A stretch of DNA of 32,000 nucleotides from Polynucleobacter victoriensis (GCF_900187875.1 NZ_FYEX01000001.1:502614-534613), one strand, 5' to 3'; counted from the first letter of the stretch, positions 16,976 through 26,257 are shown. Translations and numbers: made by a program. Notes: generated by a model from the letters alone, not told the origin.

Positions 16976-17953
16976 ATATCCTCCGTTGATCACTGCTTTT
17001 GCTTATATGTACTTATATTTTGTAGTCAGATATGCCAAATTCCTACCGAAATTAGCTACAAATACACTCAAATTGATGGGGATTTCAACCGTAATTTACT
17101 GAAAAATTACCGCTTGATTTTCAAGTGGTTACAAGCACTCAACACAATTCAACAATAATGTGTTGAGTTGAAATTCATGGGGATTTTGTGGAAATTCGTG
17201 GCAGATACGCCACGAATATATGGCTTCAATCTGGCAATCTTATGTGGCATTGTGAGAGCGAACTGAAGTTCGCTTGTGCCCGCGCTCCGCTTGGCACATT
17301 TGTTTCTTTTTCTTTTTTCTCTTTCACTAGGAAGCACAAGCCAAGCCCTGTTAAAGGGCTCAACTTATGCTCAACCTTTCACTGAGGTTTTCAACTGATA
17401 TACACACAACTTGCTGGTGCAAGATAGGCAGGTATTGCTATCTCCTATTACGTGCCGTCATACGCAGCCAATTTACGGTCTATATCAGGAACCTTTGTAA
17501 ATTAGCTTGTGGGGTTATTTCATTGGCGATCCCACTCACTTTCAGCCTATATGAATTTCTTCAAAATTTGCCTACATTCACGTATCTCTACGTTACCAAC
17601 TCATACAACATTGCAAACGCTACTCCCCCCGGGGTGTCGTTTAAAGCATCCAAAACAGCCAGGGTCTTGGGTAGTGCAATGAGGCCAGATAGTAAGGGAT
17701 CCGAATTGCGTACCGTCACACATCAGAACGGGTTTCGCAGCACTATTACCTTCGGCGTGCCAACCTTTATGTCTTACTGGTTTACTTCTTAACTGCTTTC
17801 TACAGATTTATTTAGCCTGAACATAAAGATGTGCAATATTTTTTAGAACGTGTTCACAAGGCTAAAAACCAGTCTTTTTCGGTTGTCCAGACCCCTTTTC
17901 TGGCCATATTGTTGTGTTGCCCTCGCATTTTTAACTCATCTTATGGAGAAAAC
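16976..17953. other. roughly 0.95-kb ORF-poor, hairpin-rich non-coding region
   Basis: Only compositionally odd ORFs without an RBS. Perfect hairpins at 17137-17168 and 17194-17217; further stems at 17257-17274, 17275-17298 (+T-rich tract) and 17344-17360. A 16-bp direct repeat occurs at 17070-17085 and 17171-17186. Confidence 0.6.
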
Positions 17954-18415
17954 ATGGCAACCACAAAAGCAGTATCAGCACCCTCTTTAGATACATTAAA
18001 TCTTGTCACATCTACTAAGCCCTTACATCAACCCCCTGTCGTGCAAAGGCGTAATAAATTGCTGGCAAAACTATGGGAACAAGAACAGCTAGTTAAGGCT
18101 AAGTTAGAAAACACCGCTTTTGCTGTACGTAAACACAAGACCGTGAAAGACTTTGAAGGCAATAGTCGTCGTATAGAAGTTGATAAGCGCTTAAAACCCT
18201 GGTGGTTTGTGGATATCGATGGACAACTCTGTTTTGCCATTCGTTATGGCGCTAAGCAGCTTGAACTAAAGCCTGGCAAATCGACTATTGCAGTCAAAGA
18301 CTTTGACGAGCTACTAAGTACTCTAGGGCTGATTAAAGATGCTGTGACTAAAGGCAGCTTAGATGCAGCCATTGAGAAAGCTAGTGGTGCCCTGAAAGCG
18401 AACTTTGGCAAATAA
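17954..18415 (+). CDS. conserved hypothetical (recalled as DUF6641-like)
   Basis: ATG 17954 preceded by GGAGA. The pattern VQRRNKLLAKLWEQ ... KRLKPWWF ... IRYGAKQLELKPGKSTIAV ... GSLDAAIEKAS matches my recollection of a family on proteobacterial islands and plasmids. The track start at 17831 looks over-extended. Confidence 0.55.
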   Translation: MATTKAVSAPSLDTLNLVTSTKPLHQPPVVQRRNKLLAKLWEQEQLVKAKLENTAFAVRKHKTVKDFEGNSRRIEVDKRLKPWWFVDIDGQLCFAIRYGAKQLELKPGKSTIAVKDFDELLSTLGLIKDAVTKGSLDAAIEKASGALKANFGK

Positions 18416-18527
18416 GCAGGCGTTACTTACTTCATAAATACATCAAACGAGTCAAAATCGCTGGGTTTTGCCTCGTTTCTAAGTATTACCGCAAGGAATA
18501 CTTTTTTACCGACAAGGCATAGCAAAA

Positions 18528-18893
18528 ATGAATCTTAAAAAACACCAGATTTTGAATCAATTGGACCAATTTACTGGCACCCAGTATTACTACCCCCTGT
18601 GGCCCAAGGTCATGTTGACCGATGGCACTAAGTATCTTGCGGAAACTGTAGGCTGCTATTGGCTCATGGATGCGATCGCTAGTCATATCCTGCATTTACC
18701 TAAGAAAGAGACCTTTGCAGGCTGCAAGTTAGTCAAAGTCAAACAAGGTGCTGAGCTAGTGATTGATGATGGCAATGGCAACGTACTGGCCAAGCAGCAC
18801 ATTCGTTATACGGACTTTCCGCTGGACAGCATGAGACTCTATGCCTGCTGGGGTGAGGAACGCTGGATCATCATGCTGCCCAGTGAATATTAA
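18528..18893 (+). CDS. conserved hypothetical (recalled as DUF6876-like, plasmid/ICE-associated)
   Basis: 121 aa. Pattern LDQFTGTQYYY ... LTDGTKYLAETVGCYWLMDAIASH. Confidence 0.5.
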   Translation: MNLKKHQILNQLDQFTGTQYYYPLWPKVMLTDGTKYLAETVGCYWLMDAIASHILHLPKKETFAGCKLVKVKQGAELVIDDGNGNVLAKQHIRYTDFPLDSMRLYACWGEERWIIMLPSEY

Positions 18894-18915
18894 AAGCTAG
18901 ATCGCTAAATACTTG

Positions 18916-19284
18916 ATGCGATTTTATGAATTTAAAACTTTCAAACCCACCAGCTCAACAAAGCCTTTAACTCCACCACAAGCTCGGATCAAAGCCCTTA
19001 AAGATCAAGCTAAAAACGCACAAGCAGCAGTTAAAGCAGAACGGGCTAGGCAAAAGATTCAAGCTGGACAGCAAGAACTTACTAAAGTAGAGAGCACACA
19101 CAAAATGCAGTCAAATAGTTTCAAGGCGCAGTACAAGATGAACAACGCTTATACGGCGTGGATGACCGCGGGCACTTATGGCAACTTTAATGACGCCTTA
19201 GCAGCAGCTTTAAGGAAGAAAAAGGCTGGTGCTATTGTGGTGAGGATTGAGGATGGGAATAAGGTTGTTGTGTATTCGAGTTAA
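18916..19284 (+). CDS. hypothetical protein
   Basis: 122 aa from ATG 18916 (the track starts at TTG 18913). Coiled-coil-like K/A/Q-rich middle. No motif recognised. Confidence 0.4.
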   Translation: MRFYEFKTFKPTSSTKPLTPPQARIKALKDQAKNAQAAVKAERARQKIQAGQQELTKVESTHKMQSNSFKAQYKMNNAYTAWMTAGTYGNFNDALAAALRKKKAGAIVVRIEDGNKVVVYSS

Positions 19285-19352
19285 TAAATCTTGCCGGACC
19301 CACCACCCATACATCACCCATTTTTCGAATCCACTAATTTTTAAGCTCATTA

Positions 19353-19724
19353 CTAATCGAGGGTATATCTAGCGGTGATAACCTTATCCTCTGACTGGAT
19401 AACGACGACTGCTTTGCTATCTTTTGCTACCGGAAAACTACCGGTCAGTTCGAAATGATCGCCCTTAAGTGGTAACTCATAATTTTTTGTAGACCCACCT
19501 TGCAATAAGGTAATTTTGGCAGTCCCACGCTTCAATTGAATTGGTTTACCATGATCACGCAAGTAGACTTTTAACTCGTTACTTCTTGCCACAAGCTCAA
19601 TATCAATATCCTTAAAAACAGAAACTTTTCCCCCATACAGCGGTTTGGTCTCGTGATCACCAGCGGCATAGCTTAAATTAAACAGGGTTATCAATAAAAT
19701 AGCTAATATACTCATTTTCTTCAT
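19353..19724 (-). CDS. periplasmic accessory protein of the RND operon (unknown family)
   Basis: 123 aa with a signal peptide (LFNLSYA-AGDH). Three D-H dipeptides and no Met-rich motif. Start lies 2 nt after the RND stop. Confidence 0.6.
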   Translation of the reverse strand: MKKMSILAILLITLFNLSYAAGDHETKPLYGGKVSVFKDIDIELVARSNELKVYLRDHGKPIQLKRGTAKITLLQGGSTKNYELPLKGDHFELTGSFPVAKDSKAVVVIQSEDKVITARYTLD

Positions 19725-19726
19725 AT

Positions 19727-22700
19727 TTAATATCCTTCATTTATATTCAGATTATTAAGAGATTTTTCTGCATCTCGTTTGCCATACAACAAAAACATTG
19801 CGGGGGTTAGAAAAGTATCAAGTAATGTTGAGCTGATTAATCCAAAAAAAATAACCACAGCAACAGGATGCAAAACCTCAGTTCCTGGTCGCTCAGCCTC
19901 AAACAATAGAGGCGCCAGTGCAAAAGCTGTAACCAATGCAGTCATCAAGACTGGAGCCAGGCGCTCCATAGATCCGCGAATAACCATTTGACTTCCAAAT
20001 GCCTCACCCTCGAGCTTTATCAAATTCAAATAATGACTGATTTTTAAAATCCCATTTCGAACAGAAACCCCGGCTAAAGTAATAAATCCTACAAGTGCAG
20101 CAATCGATAAAGGCTGGCCGGAGAGCCATAGCCCGATAATCGCACCAATCATTGCAAGCGGTATATTGCTCATAATCATTAGTGATAAACGTACGGATTG
20201 ATATTTGCTATATAAAACAGCGAACATTAATAACAATGAGCCTATTGATAAAAAGCCTATCAATTTCGAAGCCCGTTCTTGAGCCACAAATTGACCGCCC
20301 AAAGTAATGAAATATCCTTCTGGTAATTTTTGTTGATCAACCACCATCTGTATGTCCTTAACCACCTCAGACAAAGCTCGATTAGATGTATTGGCTGACA
20401 ATACGATTCTTCTTTTGCCGTCGTCCCGACTAATTTGATTGGGCCCATCACTATCCTCGATAGAGGCAATTCTTGATAAAGGAATGCGCCCAGTTGGTGT
20501 ATCGATCAAAATATCAGATAAGCCCTCTATTGTTCTAGACGTGTCAGGCAGCTTCATCACAAGATTAAATCGCTTATTTCCTTCAATTATTTGTGAAACC
20601 CTCTCACCCTCAACCATTGATTGCAGCAATTCCATAACTTGAGAAGTGGAAACACCATACTGGGAAGCAACATCGTAATTAATACGAACCTTAATTTGTG
20701 GCGCTAACACTTGCTTTTCTATTTCTAAATCAGCTATGCCAGAAATTCCCGATAACTTTGTGCGCAATAAATCAGCCTGACTACGCAAAATATCAAGATC
20801 ATCTCCAAAGATCTTAATGGCGATTTGTGATCTAACTCCAGACAACATATGGTCAATACGGTGAGAAATCGGCTGTCCTATCGCAATTGCAGCAGGGATA
20901 TTAATCAAACGCTTTCGAATATCAGCCTGTATATCAGCCATGGATCGATTCAATTCACTGGCCGGTTTAAGCCCGACGTCGAGCTCGCTCACATGAACCC
21001 CTTCTGCGTGTTCATCTAATTCAGCACGGCCACTTCGTCTGCCAACATAGGTAACCTCTGGCACCTGCATTACTAGTAATTCAGCCTGCCTTGCAATCGC
21101 AGATGATTCAGTTAGAGCAACCCCGGGATTAAGTCTCAAACCAATTAAGAGAGTCCCCTCATTAAATGGCGGCAGAAATGACGTTGGCATAAACGGTAGA
21201 CTCAGAACCGAGACCAAGACAAGGCCACAGGCATAAGCGATAAATCGCTTCGGACTCATTAGGAAACTTTCAAGACGGTTCCGATATTTTGCCTTTAGCC
21301 ATAAAAGCAGCTTTGTGTCGCCATGACTCAAGTTGGTCATTGATGGCAATAGGTAGTAACTTAAAACTGGTGTGATTGTTACCGAAACAACCAGGGAGGC
21401 AACCGTTGAAACAATGAAGGCTATCCCCAGAGGTGTGAATAGCCGCCCCTCGATCCCAGATAGAGCAAACAGCGGTATAAAAACCAGGACAATAATCATT
21501 GTTGCGTAAATAATTCCAGTACGAACCTCCATAGAAGCAGAGCGGACCACCTCCAATACACCCACCCTCTCATCCACAGGCCTTTTGGAATTTAACCGTA
21601 GTCGACGCATAATATTTTCGACATCGACAACAGCATCGTCTACCAAACCACCAATAGCAATTGCAAGACCCCCTAGAGTCATTGTGTTAATTGAAAACCC
21701 AAAGTACCTAAAAATTAACGCTGTAATTAATATGGAAACCGGGATTGCCGTTAATGAAATTAAAACCGGTCGAATTGTGCCCAAAAAGAAATACAAGATG
21801 ATGGCAACAAATATTGATGCCCCAATCAACTTAGCCTCTAAGGTGCTAATTGAAGCCTCTATGAATGTAGCCTGCCTGAAAGTAACTCTTGGAGCCTCCA
21901 TGCCAACAGGGAGACCTTGCTTTAACTCAGCAATAGCCTGCTCAATTTTTTGACTTAACTCAATCGTGTCAGATGCAGGTTGTTTTTGAATTCCTAAAAT
22001 GACTGCGCCTTTACCCCCATAACCTGCATCACCTCTTTTTACGGCCGGGGCAAAAGCTACGTCAGCAATTTGTTTTAGCAGTATCGGCTGACTACCTTTG
22101 GTAGTGATTGCTAAATTTCGTAAATCCTCCAAACTAGAGGTTCTACCAATATTTCTAATTAAGTACTCTTTGCTATTAACCTCAATAAAACCACCCGAAC
22201 TATTTGACGAGTGGCCTCGTAATGCCTCTTCAAGCTGAAGAGCGGTAATGCCAAGCTCAGACATGCGACGAGTATTTGGCTGAACTTGAAACTGTCGAAC
22301 CTGACCGCCAATCGTTATCACCTGAGCAACACCCTGGATTGCCATTAGACGTGGCCTTAGCACCCAATCGGCGTACTCCCGTACTTGCATAGGCGAAATT
22401 ATTTCCTCATCTACAGGTATCGCAATTTGCATAATCTCACCCATAATGGAGCTAATCGGCCCCATGCGAGGATTGACATTATTTGGCAATGTATTGTCCA
22501 TCGTATTTAAGCGCTCGCTCACCATCTGGCGAGCGCGATAAATATCCGTACTCCATTTAAATGTGATGTAGATAAATGACAAACCCGCGCTAGAAGTTGA
22601 TCGAATTGACTCGACCCCTGGCAAGCCATTCATGACAGTTTCCAGAGGGAAGGTAATTAATTGCTCCACTTCCTCGGAGGCCATTCCGCCAGCCTCAGTC

Positions 22701-22849
22701 ATCACCGTTACAGTGGGCTTATTTAAGTCTGGAAAAACATCTACAGGCATCTGTTTTAACGAAAATGCCCCGTAGAACATCACAATTACGCCTAGCAAAA
22801 TGACAATTAGGCGATTTTTTAAACTAAAGTTAAGTATCCAAGTAAACAT
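19727..22849 (-). CDS. heavy-metal efflux RND transporter (CusA/CzcA family)
   Basis: 1040 aa with 12-TM RND architecture. TM4 motif GGLAIAIGGLVDDAVVDVEN resembles CusA-type (A-x-G ... D-x-A ... VEN) rather than CzcA-type (DFG ... DGA ... VEN). Confidence 0.9.
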   Translation of the reverse strand: MFTWILNFSLKNRLIVILLGVIVMFYGAFSLKQMPVDVFPDLNKPTVTVMTEAGGMASEEVEQLITFPLETVMNGLPGVESIRSTSSAGLSFIYITFKWSTDIYRARQMVSERLNTMDNTLPNNVNPRMGPISSIMGEIMQIAIPVDEEIISPMQVREYADWVLRPRLMAIQGVAQVITIGGQVRQFQVQPNTRRMSELGITALQLEEALRGHSSNSSGGFIEVNSKEYLIRNIGRTSSLEDLRNLAITTKGSQPILLKQIADVAFAPAVKRGDAGYGGKGAVILGIQKQPASDTIELSQKIEQAIAELKQGLPVGMEAPRVTFRQATFIEASISTLEAKLIGASIFVAIILYFFLGTIRPVLISLTAIPVSILITALIFRYFGFSINTMTLGGLAIAIGGLVDDAVVDVENIMRRLRLNSKRPVDERVGVLEVVRSASMEVRTGIIYATMIIVLVFIPLFALSGIEGRLFTPLGIAFIVSTVASLVVSVTITPVLSYYLLPSMTNLSHGDTKLLLWLKAKYRNRLESFLMSPKRFIAYACGLVLVSVLSLPFMPTSFLPPFNEGTLLIGLRLNPGVALTESSAIARQAELLVMQVPEVTYVGRRSGRAELDEHAEGVHVSELDVGLKPASELNRSMADIQADIRKRLINIPAAIAIGQPISHRIDHMLSGVRSQIAIKIFGDDLDILRSQADLLRTKLSGISGIADLEIEKQVLAPQIKVRINYDVASQYGVSTSQVMELLQSMVEGERVSQIIEGNKRFNLVMKLPDTSRTIEGLSDILIDTPTGRIPLSRIASIEDSDGPNQISRDDGKRRIVLSANTSNRALSEVVKDIQMVVDQQKLPEGYFITLGGQFVAQERASKLIGFLSIGSLLLMFAVLYSKYQSVRLSLMIMSNIPLAMIGAIIGLWLSGQPLSIAALVGFITLAGVSVRNGILKISHYLNLIKLEGEAFGSQMVIRGSMERLAPVLMTALVTAFALAPLLFEAERPGTEVLHPVAVVIFFGLISSTLLDTFLTPAMFLLYGKRDAEKSLNNLNINEGY

Positions 22850-22858
22850 AATCAGCCC

Positions 22859-23890
22859 CTATCGAATCTGATTAATTAATGAGGCTGAGTTTGTAACTAC
22901 CCGATCCTTATCAGTCAATCCGGAAGTCACAATGACATACTTACCATCAAGCGGTTCGTATAAAACAACTCTCGGCTCGAACTCTTCTGGGGATCCCTTT
23001 ACCCAAACTGTATTTTGATTTGCGGCATTTTTTACGATTGCTGAGAGTGGAATTTTGAGACCCTTAGTTTGCGTCGAGGTGCTTACGAAAACACGCAATG
23101 GTTGACCTACTGGTATACCAATTAATTCTTCGCTCTTACCAGAAAAGGTAATCGGTAGAGCTTGCTCTCTCAATGATTGCCCACCACCAAGATAGTTAAG
23201 TTGGATAGTTTTGCCGTCATAGGCAATATAGCCACCAGCAATGTCTTTTAATATTTTTCCGTCATACGCTAATGCCTCAACCAATAGACGATTAGGGTTA
23301 ACTACCTCAAAAATGAGCTGTCTTGGCTCTACCACCTGACCAGAGACAACACCCATTGTTGAAATCACTCCAGCTACTGGAGCTCTGAGCTCCTCATTTG
23401 CCACTGCCGCTTGAGCTTCTTCTAGAGTTTTTCGCGGAATAGTGTCAGCCAATTCGCGATATCGCTTCAAACGACTTTCCGCCAATGAGCGACTGCCTGA
23501 TGGTCCAGCCTCTGGCGTTACATAGGCAAGCACTTCCCCTTGCTTTACCTTTTGCCCAGGAAGGGGGAACCCATTGGGTCCAGGTGTAATTCTACCCGCC
23601 ACAATTGCTTGAACTTTGCCACCATAATTTGGATCCATAATGACTTTGCCAGCCAAATCAAGGGTTTTGGGGAATTCCCCTGGCATAACTTGTTCCGTTT
23701 CCACCTTCAGTTGGCGCTGTGCTGGTTTGGGAATAAAAAGATTGCCACTAGCCTGTCTTTTGGGGATATCCAAACTAGAAATCTGAGTTGTATCACCTGG
23801 GCCGTGATCAGAGCCGGCCCTCGCAACACTGATCGATAACATTAAAGTGGTTGCGAGCACACATTGCGAGGAAAATTTAGAGAGATTCAT
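22859..23890 (-). CDS. RND periplasmic adaptor (membrane fusion protein, CusB/CzcB family)
   Basis: 343 aa. Signal peptide, then AGSDHGPGD, then a biotinyl-lipoyl/beta-barrel MFP-like sequence (VKQGEVLA ... APVAGVIS). Confidence 0.85.
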   Translation of the reverse strand: MNLSKFSSQCVLATTLMLSISVARAGSDHGPGDTTQISSLDIPKRQASGNLFIPKPAQRQLKVETEQVMPGEFPKTLDLAGKVIMDPNYGGKVQAIVAGRITPGPNGFPLPGQKVKQGEVLAYVTPEAGPSGSRSLAESRLKRYRELADTIPRKTLEEAQAAVANEELRAPVAGVISTMGVVSGQVVEPRQLIFEVVNPNRLLVEALAYDGKILKDIAGGYIAYDGKTIQLNYLGGGQSLREQALPITFSGKSEELIGIPVGQPLRVFVSTSTQTKGLKIPLSAIVKNAANQNTVWVKGSPEEFEPRVVLYEPLDGKYVIVTSGLTDKDRVVTNSASLINQIR

Positions 23891-24462
23891 TTGCGCTCCT
23901 TGATTCGAACTAGGGTTTCCTTGTATTTAGAAAGTATTAAATGACGGTATTTGAAGGCAAGGTACCCAAGAGAAGCCAAAAGAAGAATGGAGATAAGCAA
24001 CTTCAAAGTAAGCTGCCAATTCCAAATTCCTCGATCAATATGCTCACCATTAAAAGTGGTTGCCACAATATCTACGGCATCACCCTCTTTGATAGTCAAA
24101 GTCACTGCAATTGAATTGCTGTTAGAACTTTTTGTTAGATAACCTTCGTACGTACCATTATTAGTAGAGCTCAATTTAATAACTTGACCACCAAAATTCA
24201 TCTCAATATCAGCATTGAGCACGGGCCTGCCAGTTAAAAATTGATCTACATACACCTCGACTAGCTTTTCTTTTACTATGCCAACAACTTCATATTGCTC
24301 AGAATCGGCGTAAAACCGCGGGAAAAAAGCTCCACTCTGAACGATATCTGTGGTTGAGCCATGGTCGTGGCCTGGTCCTGCATACACAAGTCCAGAAACC
24401 ATCATCCCGACAAATACAATCAAAGCCCTACTCATTAAGTGACGTTTCAAATAGTTCAACAT
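23887..24462 (-). CDS. membrane-anchored periplasmic accessory protein in the cusF position (unknown family)
   Basis: 191 aa. Signal peptide (LVYA-GPGHDHG), a beta-rich domain and a C-terminal TM helix (LLISILLLASLGYLAF). ATGA overlap with the adaptor gene. Confidence 0.6.
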   Translation of the reverse strand: MLNYLKRHLMSRALIVFVGMMVSGLVYAGPGHDHGSTTDIVQSGAFFPRFYADSEQYEVVGIVKEKLVEVYVDQFLTGRPVLNADIEMNFGGQVIKLSSTNNGTYEGYLTKSSNSNSIAVTLTIKEGDAVDIVATTFNGEHIDRGIWNWQLTLKLLISILLLASLGYLAFKYRHLILSKYKETLVRIKERK

Positions 24463-24470
24463 ATAAACCC

Positions 24471-25754
24471 TTATTCAGGCAACAAGCCAAGCGCTTGTCT
24501 TAAATTAGAAACAGCAACCGCATAATTGATTTTTGCGTCAGCTACTTGACGATTGGCATCTGTAGCTTCGAGCTCAACCCTCAGGCGGGTTGGCAAATCG
24601 GTTTCTCCAAAACGAAATGACTTGTCAAAAAAGATGCGTGTTTCATTTGCTAGTAAAGCCCTTTTTTCAGATGCGCTCAATTTAATTTGTGCGGTTTTGA
24701 CTAGCAAAGCCTTTGATTCCACATTTGCCAGCGCTTTCTCACGCTCGAAGATAAGTTGCGACTCTGCCTCAACCATCTCGGCAGTACTAATAGCTAGCTT
24801 ATTCTCGTAACGAGCATCAGAACCAAAAGGAATACGAATCCCAATGGTGATTGATTGCTGGAATGGCACTCCATAGACCTCACGGCCTCTCGTAGTAAGA
24901 ATTTGCAGCTCAGGTGTAGTTCGAGTCTGAGATTTCGCTAAGGCTACAGCTTTTCTAGCTACATCAAGCTGATCCAGTAACGCAACAACTACTGGAAGAC
25001 TAACGTCCAGGCTAGTCAAGCTATCCGGGATCTTGGGAATTGGCTCCATGAACTTTGAGCTCGAGACACTTTCGAGTGCCTTGATTTTTTCACCGCCAAA
25101 TAATGCCCGCATTCTTTGTTCGGCATTAATCAAATTTGCCTGCGCTTCGGCTAGACTGGCTTCAGAGTTTGCTAGAGCACCATTTGTTTGATGAAGATCC
25201 GCGCGAGATAAGTCTCCAACCTTAAATCGCTTTTCAACATCAAGGCTTAGAGCTTTTGCATTTTCAAAGCGACTATTAGCCAGATCAAACTCAATTTTTG
25301 TTCGGCGGTACGACCAGTAAGCATCTCTAACATCTGCTGCCACCCTGAGTTGAGACAGATAGTACTGAGACAATAGCTTTTTATATTCAGCATCAGCCAA
25401 GCCTATGGAGTTTGAGCGTTCATTCCACAACCAAAGTGGAAATCCCAAGCCAGCAATTGTCTCGCTTGCCCCTTGATTACTGTTGGCTTTGTCAGATTTT
25501 TGAGCCACCTCTATCGATGCAGGGCTAGCCAAGTAGCTACTAGCTACCTTTTGCTTCGCAATAGCTGCGTCAACTCGATATTGGTAAGACTTGGACTCGG
25601 GCTGACGATCCCATGCAGCTTCATAGAGCGCCTTTAGCCCTATTTTGGCGGGTATAGCTTCCCCCGCAAATGCGTACGGTTGGCATATCAACCACAACAG
25701 ACAAAAAACTAAACCGAAATATAGACGAAGTTCGCCCAATTTTTCTCGCAACAT
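24471..25754 (-). CDS. outer-membrane efflux factor (TolC/CusC/CzcC family)
   Basis: 427 aa with a signal peptide and two-repeat OEP-like coiled-coil composition. First large gene of a C-(x)-B-A operon. Confidence 0.8.
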   Translation of the reverse strand: MLREKLGELRLYFGLVFCLLWLICQPYAFAGEAIPAKIGLKALYEAAWDRQPESKSYQYRVDAAIAKQKVASSYLASPASIEVAQKSDKANSNQGASETIAGLGFPLWLWNERSNSIGLADAEYKKLLSQYYLSQLRVAADVRDAYWSYRRTKIEFDLANSRFENAKALSLDVEKRFKVGDLSRADLHQTNGALANSEASLAEAQANLINAEQRMRALFGGEKIKALESVSSSKFMEPIPKIPDSLTSLDVSLPVVVALLDQLDVARKAVALAKSQTRTTPELQILTTRGREVYGVPFQQSITIGIRIPFGSDARYENKLAISTAEMVEAESQLIFEREKALANVESKALLVKTAQIKLSASEKRALLANETRIFFDKSFRFGETDLPTRLRVELEATDANRQVADAKINYAVAVSNLRQALGLLPE

Positions 25755-25825
25755 AAAAACTCCAATTGATTAATCAAATTAGAGTTAGCGAGAAATGCAA
25801 CTAGAGGGACTACTTCCTCGCTAAC

Positions 25826-26161
25826 TTAAGCGAGATGGGTCCAATTGGGCTTGTCAGGTTGGGGGAGTATGGGGCTTGACAGCGACTGTTTGCCCACAAG
25901 AGCAAACGTAAAATCTTGCTGCACAACAACAAAATCTGATGAATTAGGAAAGAAAGGGTTATGGGCTAAATGACATACGCCACAGTCAGCATCTGTGCTT
26001 TTTCCTGAATCAGACTTCTCAGGAGCTTTTTGATGCTCGTGCTGATGGTGCCCTGGATGAGTGCTGGAAACTTGCTCATGTTCGCAATAGCTAGCAACGG
26101 CAGCAAACGAAGTTTGCAACCCTACCAATACTAAGATGATTGAAATGAACAGATTTCTCAT
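25826..26161 (-). CDS. small secreted His/Cys-rich protein (possibly CzcI-like)
   Basis: 111 aa from MRNLFISIILVLVGLQTSFA. Contains CEHEQ, HPGHHQHEHQ and CGVCHLAH. The track ORF (to 26725) runs across a compositional boundary and is over-extended. Confidence 0.55.
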   Translation of the reverse strand: MRNLFISIILVLVGLQTSFAAVASYCEHEQVSSTHPGHHQHEHQKAPEKSDSGKSTDADCGVCHLAHNPFFPNSSDFVVVQQDFTFALVGKQSLSSPILPQPDKPNWTHLA

Positions 26162-26257
26162 TAAACTATTTTGACATATTTTGGGGGGATTTTGCACAAA
26201 ACCCAGAAATCGAGCTATTTGAAAGCCTCTTCCATCAAGATTGTCAAAATAGCTTAA

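Noticed and set aside
17149-17792. ORFs 16967-17158, 17149-17337 (-), 17188-17385 and 17367-17792 in the hairpin-rich region
   Set aside because: None has an RBS. The products are rich in Cys, Tyr, Leu and Phe and look like translated non-coding DNA. Several are simply read through the hairpins. I treat the region as non-coding, but a decayed gene cannot be excluded.
17831-17953. Upstream extension of the 17954-18415 gene (track start at 17831, GTG)
   Set aside because: The ATG at 17954 has GGAGA at the correct distance. The extension encodes a hydrophobic, Cys-rich stretch unlike the rest of the protein.
18028-18695. Minus-strand ORFs 18028-18240 and 18486-18695
   Set aside because: They are antisense to, or overlap the start of, better-supported plus-strand genes.
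19296-19312. CCGGACCCACCACCC resembling the tRNA 3' end (CCCGACCCACCA), considered as a fourth att relic separating sub-modules of element 2
   Set aside because: Only 9 contiguous bases match, with no flanking similarity to the 45-bp core. This is compatible with chance.
19779-24810. Plus-strand ORFs inside the RND operon (19779-19991, 20439-20642, 21585-21953, 23540-23839, 23951-24142, 24553-24810) and the same-strand out-of-frame ORF 20260-20469
   Set aside because: All lie within long minus-strand genes that have strong family signatures.
26172-26210. GGGGGGATTTTGCACAAAACCCAGAAATCGAGC resembling the G-rich start of a Tn3-family terminal inverted repeat, close to the GC boundary
   Set aside because: I found no inverted partner near the other boundary (29950-30150) or elsewhere in the window. 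It is more simply the promoter region of the RND operon.
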